From positions 16,760 through 80,759 of the forward strand of contig JAOHSR010000002.1 in NCBI GenBank assembly GCA_028122735.1: a stretch of 64,000 nt of DNA. Direction: 5' to 3'. Made by a program: the position numbers and the translations under genes. This document shows, piece after piece, positions 59,042 to 64,000 of this stretch. Each line of letters starts with the position of its first letter. Position 1 is the stretch's first letter. Source of the stretch: Flavobacteriales bacterium (lineage in GTDB: Bacteria; Bacteroidota; Bacteroidia; Flavobacteriales; BACL11). Below the pieces are notes generated by a model. The model was given only the letters and a program-made list of their open reading frames with translations, made no database searches and was not told the DNA's origin.

Positions 59042-60249
59042 TAGAAGCAATAAAAAAATACAACTTAACAAATCCTATTTCTAATGTTGAAAATAGTGAT
59101 GCGTTTACTTATTTTCTTAATAATGGAATTCCAACAAATAAAAATGAAGAGTGGAAATACACTTCATTAAAACAATTAGTTTCTAATGATTTTTCTGTTG
59201 AGGCAGAGGGAGAAGAAATTTCACAAGAGGAACTTGACAAATCAACCCTTAAAACTGAGAATCAAATAATATTTTTAAATGGTGAAATGGTTCAAAAACC
59301 TGAAATTGATGGTGTTTCAATTACCTCTTACACGGACAAAAACCCATCATTTGAAGATGCTTTTACAGCATTGAATGCAGCATATGCAAAAAATGGATAC
59401 CGCATTCATGTTGAAAAAAATGTTCATCTTAACGATTCTATTGAAGTTATATTTCTGTCAAAAAACACAACCAATAATTTCATACAATATCGTAACAGAA
59501 TAGACTTAAATGAAAATTCAAGTATAAAAATCATTGAACACTTCAAATGTCTTGACAAAAACTTATGTTTTACAAATTCTTTAACTAACATAAATCTTGA
59601 AAAAAGCTCAAACATTGAGTTTAATAAATTACAAAATCACAATGACTTTCAGATAGTTGTGGACAACACAATAATAAACCAAGATGAAAAAAGTTATTCA
59701 ACCATAAATACGCTGTTGTTAGGCGGGAAGTTCACAAGAAATAATTTGAGCTTTTATCAAAATGGTGAGTACTGTGAAAGTAATATGAATGGTGTCGTTA
59801 TTTTAAACAATAATGAGTTTGGAGATAATCACACATATGTTGATCATAAAAAAGCAAATTGTGAGAGCAACGAACTTTATAAGGGAATCTACCTAAATAA
59901 GTCTAAAGGGGTTTTTAATGGAAAAATTATGGTACGCCCAGATGCTCAGAAAATTAATGCCTTTCAAGCTAATAATAATTTATTGTTAAGTGAAAATTCA
60001 TCAATTAATAGTAAGCCTCAGCTAGAAATATATGCAGACGATGTAAAGTGCAGCCATGGATGTACTATTGGCCAATTAGATGATGACGCACTTTTTTACA
60101 TGAGAACTAGAGGCATTAACAAAGATGATGCTAAAACAATACTAACATTTGCTTTCGCTTCTGAAGCTATTGAAAAATTAACTATTGCTGAGCTTGCTGA
60201 TATTACAAAGAAAGAGATGGAAAAAAAATTAAATCTGAGTTTAAATTAA
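59032..60249 (+). CDS. sufD: Fe-S cluster assembly protein SufD
   Basis: 405 aa. NEEWKYTSL N-terminal motif and a C-terminal SufB/D domain (QLEIYADDVKCSHG). 10-nt overlap with sufC. Confidence 0.9.
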   Translation: MGLIEAIKKYNLTNPISNVENSDAFTYFLNNGIPTNKNEEWKYTSLKQLVSNDFSVEAEGEEISQEELDKSTLKTENQIIFLNGEMVQKPEIDGVSITSYTDKNPSFEDAFTALNAAYAKNGYRIHVEKNVHLNDSIEVIFLSKNTTNNFIQYRNRIDLNENSSIKIIEHFKCLDKNLCFTNSLTNINLEKSSNIEFNKLQNHNDFQIVVDNTIINQDEKSYSTINTLLLGGKFTRNNLSFYQNGEYCESNMNGVVILNNNEFGDNHTYVDHKKANCESNELYKGIYLNKSKGVFNGKIMVRPDAQKINAFQANNNLLLSENSSINSKPQLEIYADDVKCSHGCTIGQLDDDALFYMRTRGINKDDAKTILTFAFASEAIEKLTIAELADITKKEMEKKLNLSLN

Positions 60250-60252
60250 AAA

Positions 60253-61467
60253 ATGTATTCTCCTGAAAACATAAGAAAATATTTTCCAATTCTTGATTCT
60301 GAGGTTAATCAGCACAAGCTTGTTTACTTAGATAATGCCGCAACAACTCAAAAACATCAATCAGTAATTGATACTGTATCCCAATTTTATGAAAAAGAAA
60401 ACAGCAACATCCATCGTGGTGTACACTATTTAAGCCAACTTTCCACAAACAAATTTGAGCAAACAAGAGAGTCTGTCAAGAATTTTATAAATGCTCAACA
60501 TACACACGAGGTGATTTTTACCAAAGGAACTACTGATTCTATTAATTTACTGGCTTTTAGTTATTCTAAGATTCTAAAAAAAGGAGATGAAGTTATTGTT
60601 TCTGAAATGGAACACCATTCCAATCTAGTTCCTTGGCAAATGTGTTGTGATTATTCTCAGGCCACATTAAAAGTTATTCCGATAACAAACTCGGGAGAAT
60701 TAGATATGAGTTTTTTTAAAAAAGAACTAAGTAAAAAAACAAAACTTGTCGCTCTAACTCACATATCCAACAGTTTAGGAACTATTAACCCAATTGAAAA
60801 AATCATTGAACTAACACATCAAACTGATGCCAAAATACTTATTGACGGAGCACAAGCTGCGGCACATGCTAAACTAGATGTTCAAAAGCTAGATGTTGAT
60901 TTTTACTGTTTTTCTGCACACAAGCTTTATGGTCCTACAGGAGTTGGGGTTTTATATGGAAAAGAAAAATTATTAAATATGTTGCCGCCATATCAAGGTG
61001 GTGGTGAGATGATCAAAGATGTTAGTATACACAAAACAACATATGCAGAGCTTCCTCATAAATTTGAGGCCGGTACACCAAATATTGCTGGAGTAATAGC
61101 CTTTAAAAAAGCGATAGATTTTATTGAAGAAATTGGTGTTGAAAATATGAAAGAGCATGAGGACATATTATTAAACTATGCAACCTTAAAGCTTGAGGAA
61201 ATCCCTAATCTTTCCATAATTGGAACAGCTCCTAAGAAATCAGGGATAATTTCTTTTGTAGTCTCTGGAATTCACCATTATGACCTAGGTTTAATTTTAG
61301 ATAAACTTGGGGTAGCTATTAGAACAGGCCATCATTGCACACAACCAGTAATGAAGAAAATGAATGTTTCCGGAACATCTAGAATTTCTTTTGCTTGCTA
61401 CAACACTAAAACAGAGCTTGATTATACAGTTGATTGCATAAAAAAAGCAATTAAAATGCTATCATGA
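60253..61467 (+). CDS. sufS: cysteine desulfurase SufS (group II)
   Basis: 404 aa. YLDNAATTQK, PLP lysine in FSAHKLYGPTGVG, and active-site RTGHHC. Confidence 0.96.
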   Translation: MYSPENIRKYFPILDSEVNQHKLVYLDNAATTQKHQSVIDTVSQFYEKENSNIHRGVHYLSQLSTNKFEQTRESVKNFINAQHTHEVIFTKGTTDSINLLAFSYSKILKKGDEVIVSEMEHHSNLVPWQMCCDYSQATLKVIPITNSGELDMSFFKKELSKKTKLVALTHISNSLGTINPIEKIIELTHQTDAKILIDGAQAAAHAKLDVQKLDVDFYCFSAHKLYGPTGVGVLYGKEKLLNMLPPYQGGGEMIKDVSIHKTTYAELPHKFEAGTPNIAGVIAFKKAIDFIEEIGVENMKEHEDILLNYATLKLEEIPNLSIIGTAPKKSGIISFVVSGIHHYDLGLILDKLGVAIRTGHHCTQPVMKKMNVSGTSRISFACYNTKTELDYTVDCIKKAIKMLS

Positions 61468-61468
61468 C

Positions 61469-61891
61469 ATGCAAGATTCAATTGAAAATATAGGGGAAGA
61501 AATAGTTGATGAATTTAATATGTTTGAAAATTGGATTGATAAATACGACTATCTAATTGATCTTGGAAAATCACTTCCGAAAATTGATGAAAAATATAAA
61601 GTTGAGGATAATATTATAACAGGTTGCCAGTCACAAGTATGGTTACATGCAAAACAAGAAGATAATAAAGTAGTATTTATCGCAGATAGTGACGCAATCA
61701 TGACAAAAGGAATTATTGCAATGTTAATACGCGTTCTTTCAGGTCAAAAAGCTGAAAAAATCATCAACACCAATCTAGATTTTATTAATAAAATTGGTCT
61801 CAACGAGCAGTTATCTCAAACCAGAGCTAATGGATTAAATTCAATGATAAAACAAATGAAGATATATGCACTTGCTTTTAAAGATAAATAA
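61469..61891 (+). CDS. sufE: sulfur acceptor SufE
   Basis: 140 aa with GCQSQVWL (acceptor Cys) and the SufE fold pattern. Confidence 0.92.
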   Translation: MQDSIENIGEEIVDEFNMFENWIDKYDYLIDLGKSLPKIDEKYKVEDNIITGCQSQVWLHAKQEDNKVVFIADSDAIMTKGIIAMLIRVLSGQKAEKIINTNLDFINKIGLNEQLSQTRANGLNSMIKQMKIYALAFKDK

Positions 61892-62214
61892 TGATAAAAG
61901 AAACTGAAATAAAAGAACTAGGTGATAAAATAATCAAAGCGATCTCTACTATTTACGACCCTGAAATTCCTGTAAACATATATGAATTAGGGCTTATTTA
62001 TGATGTTGAAATTAGCGAAGATAATGATGTAAGAATTGAAATGACTCTTACCTCACCAAACTGTCCTGTTGCCGAAAGCTTGCCTGTAGATGTAGAAAAT
62101 AAAGTAAAAGAAATAGATGGATTAGAAAATGTTAAGGTTAATATTGTTTTTGATCCACCATGGACAAAAGACATGATGAGTGAAGAAGCGAAACTAGAGC
62201 TAGGGATGTTATAA
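61891..62214 (+). CDS. DUF59 (SufT/PaaD-like) Fe-S assembly protein
   Basis: 107 aa. DPEIPVNIYELGLIY and TLTSPNCP. TAATG junctions on both sides. Confidence 0.88.
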   Translation: MIKETEIKELGDKIIKAISTIYDPEIPVNIYELGLIYDVEISEDNDVRIEMTLTSPNCPVAESLPVDVENKVKEIDGLENVKVNIVFDPPWTKDMMSEEAKLELGML

Positions 62215-62726
62215 TGAGTGGCACTATTGTAAATAAAGTTGAAAGTAGTGGAATAATCACACTAGACCTATCTGATTATGCACCTAAAAAAAACATCGAA
62301 GAGTTAGATTTGAGGCAGTTTTTATTTCAAGGATTAGTTCTAAAGGAAAAGCAATTTAGAGCTGATATTAAAGACCATAATTTTGATAAATACAAGAACA
62401 AAACAGTAGCACTATACTGTAGCTCTGATGTTATTATTCCAATGTGGGCTTATATGTTAATCACCGTAGAACTTGATAGCGTTTGCTCAAAATTATATTT
62501 TGGAAGAGTTTTGGAAGTCACCCAGCAAATAATTGTAGAAAATATTAGATCAATTAAAGAAGATAAATATTCTGAAAAAAGAGTAATAGTTAAAGGTTGT
62601 AGTAACATCCCTTTAAACGAAAGTCTATATATTGAAATCACAAAAAAGTTATTAAAAAGTGTGCGTAGCCTGATGTTTGGGGAGGCTTGTTCAGCAGTTC
62701 CGGTGTATAAAATCAATGCTAAATAA
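62214..62726 (+). CDS. conserved hypothetical protein (recalled as DUF2480), translationally coupled to the SUF operon
   Basis: 170 aa, soluble. The TAATG junction with DUF59 places it in the suf transcript. Family name is from memory and needs an HMM check. Confidence 0.6.
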   Translation: MSGTIVNKVESSGIITLDLSDYAPKKNIEELDLRQFLFQGLVLKEKQFRADIKDHNFDKYKNKTVALYCSSDVIIPMWAYMLITVELDSVCSKLYFGRVLEVTQQIIVENIRSIKEDKYSEKRVIVKGCSNIPLNESLYIEITKKLLKSVRSLMFGEACSAVPVYKINAK

Positions 62727-62788
62727 TTAATTATAAATTTTTAATCTCCTACATCTTTTTTATACAGAATTAGTTCAGGTTTTAGTAC

Positions 62789-62796
62789 TAGTTTTG
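62789..62796 (+). promoter_or_regulatory. -7 box TAGTTTTG
   Basis: 16 nt upstream of the ATG at 62813. Confidence 0.4.
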
Positions 62797-62812
62797 TAAT
62801 CAAATTTAACCT

Positions 62813-63553
62813 ATGAATCCAAAAATCAACATCCTAAACAATAATTTGAAAAAATACAGAGAAGAAATTGTTAACCACGCATTATATAAAAAGCTTAATA
62901 GTGTCGAAGATATAGCGGTTATGATGGAGCATCATGTATATGCTGTTTGGGACTTTATGTCTCTATTAAAAGCGCTCCAATCCTTATTAACTTGTACTTC
63001 TTCACCATGGAAACCTGTTGGGGATGGTAAAATAAGGCAGCTAGTTAACAGCATTGTTCTAGAAGAGGAGAGTGATGTAGATAAAGAAAACACCCCCCTC
63101 TCCCATTATGAAATGTATATTGATGCTATGAAACAATGCGGGGCTAATACTAGTGCAATAGAAAGTTTTGTTTCAAATGTTTCTGCTACAAATATACCAA
63201 TGGTTAATGATGGGGTTGATGCTTTCTTAAAAACAACATTTGATGTAATTGAAAGCAACGAAACACATAAAATTGCTTCTGCATTTACTTTTGGAAGAGA
63301 AGATCTTATTCCTGATATGTTTACTGCAATAGTTAACGAATATAATACAGAAAATAATCTAGACAAATTTGTTTATTATCTAGAAAGACATATTGAACTA
63401 GATGGTGGCGAACACGGGCCGCTTGCTCTTGAGCTAATTAGTAATTTATGTGGTGATGACGATAATAAATGGAAAGAGGTTGAGGAAACTGCTATTGCTT
63501 GTTTAGTAGCAAGAAAAAAGTTGTGGGATTCTATTTTAGCTGATCTAAATTAG
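62813..63553 (+). CDS. heme-oxygenase-like fold protein (recalled as DUF3050)
   Basis: 246 aa, all-helical. HHVYAVWDFMSLLKALQ and ERHIELDGGEHG motifs. Family name is from memory. Confidence 0.6.
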   Translation: MNPKINILNNNLKKYREEIVNHALYKKLNSVEDIAVMMEHHVYAVWDFMSLLKALQSLLTCTSSPWKPVGDGKIRQLVNSIVLEEESDVDKENTPLSHYEMYIDAMKQCGANTSAIESFVSNVSATNIPMVNDGVDAFLKTTFDVIESNETHKIASAFTFGREDLIPDMFTAIVNEYNTENNLDKFVYYLERHIELDGGEHGPLALELISNLCGDDDNKWKEVEETAIACLVARKKLWDSILADLN

Positions 63554-63564
63554 AATAACAAAAA

Positions 63565-64000
63565 TTATTCTTTTATTGTCTTGCTTGAATTTTTAACCAA
63601 CTGGTTTATTTGGTTTAGTTCTGATTTTGTAAAATCTCTATACTCTCCAACTGGAATGTCTAGCTTAATATTCATGATTCTAATTCTTTTTAAGAAAACT
63701 ACCCTATAATCAAAATACTCACACATTCTTCTAATTTGTCTATTTAAACCTTGGGTTAAAATAATTTTAAAGGTTTTTTTCCCAGTTTGTTTTATTTTAC
63801 ACTTATTAGTTATCTTATCTAAAACAGGTACTCCCTCTCCCATCATTTTAATAAAGTCTTTGGTAACAGGCTTGTTTACCTCTACAATATATTCTTTTTC
63901 ATGTTGATTATTTGCACGCAAAATCTTATTTACAATATCACCATCATTAGTTAAAAATATTAGACCCTCAGATGGCTTGTCTAAACGTCCTATTGGAAAA
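63565..64000 (-). CDS. pseudouridine synthase, RsuA/RluB/RluF family (C-terminal part; 5' end beyond the window)
   Basis: The frame stays open to the window edge. Upstream of the ORF-track start it reads [21 protein letters not shown], which contains the catalytic GRLD motif. Confidence 0.88.
   Translation of the reverse strand, partial: FPIGRLDKPSEGLIFLTNDGDIVNKILRANNQHEKEYIVEVNKPVTKDFIKMMGEGVPVLDKITNKCKIKQTGKKTFKIILTQGLNRQIRRMCEYFDYRVVFLKRIRIMNIKLDIPVGEYRDFTKSELNQINQLVKNSSKTIKE

Noticed and set aside
1-64000. I scanned for tRNA/rRNA-like GC-rich segments, CRISPR-type spaced direct repeats, IS/transposase, integrase, restriction-modification, toxin-antitoxin, reverse transcriptase and phage genes.
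   Set aside because: None was seen. All gaps over 100 nt were read on both strands, and every ORF of 60 aa or more is either assigned above or is a shadow ORF.

Overview
The window is AT-rich (roughly one-third G+C by eye) and very gene-dense, about 96-97% coding by my tally of intergenic gaps. It reads as core chromosome of a Flavobacteriia (Bacteroidota) bacterium with a streamlined genome. Three things point to that lineage: a T9SS type-B sorting domain protein next to a PorP/SprF gene, repeated TAnnTTTG -7 promoter boxes close to start codons, and Gln at +1 after signal peptides. Most of the content is housekeeping. It includes an aa3-type cytochrome c oxidase with its biogenesis genes (ctaC-ctaD-two subunit III genes-subunit IV-SCO-ctaB, plus ctaA and DUF420). 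It also includes sdhCAB, a complete SUF Fe-S operon (sufA-like, sufBCDSE, DUF59) with DUF2480 and DUF3050 genes downstream, aspS, cysS, lepA, polA, purD, purQ, nadD, gmk, thiL, tadA, queD, trhO and msrB. I saw no rRNA, tRNA, CRISPR, transposase, integrase, phage or recognisable defence genes, and I cannot point to a clear-cut novel system. The best candidates for a second look are: (1) a compact porin / FMN-binding / 4-TM / two-component / MsrB cluster (1421-5991) with a 15-nt direct repeat around its promoter; (2) a 2184-aa SprB-repeat T9SS protein with its PorP/SprF partner; (3) small membrane proteins, namely two tandem 2-TM proteins, a CxxC micro-protein in the oxidase cluster, and a 59-aa ORF below the ORF-track cutoff; (4) a PolA whose 3'-5' exonuclease catalytic residues are all substituted; (5) an 11-bp-arm perfect palindrome on the suf promoter; (6) a possible orphan sRNA between 9481 and 9577. 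Several ORF-track starts look too far upstream, because promoter boxes fall inside the extensions, and I have trimmed them.
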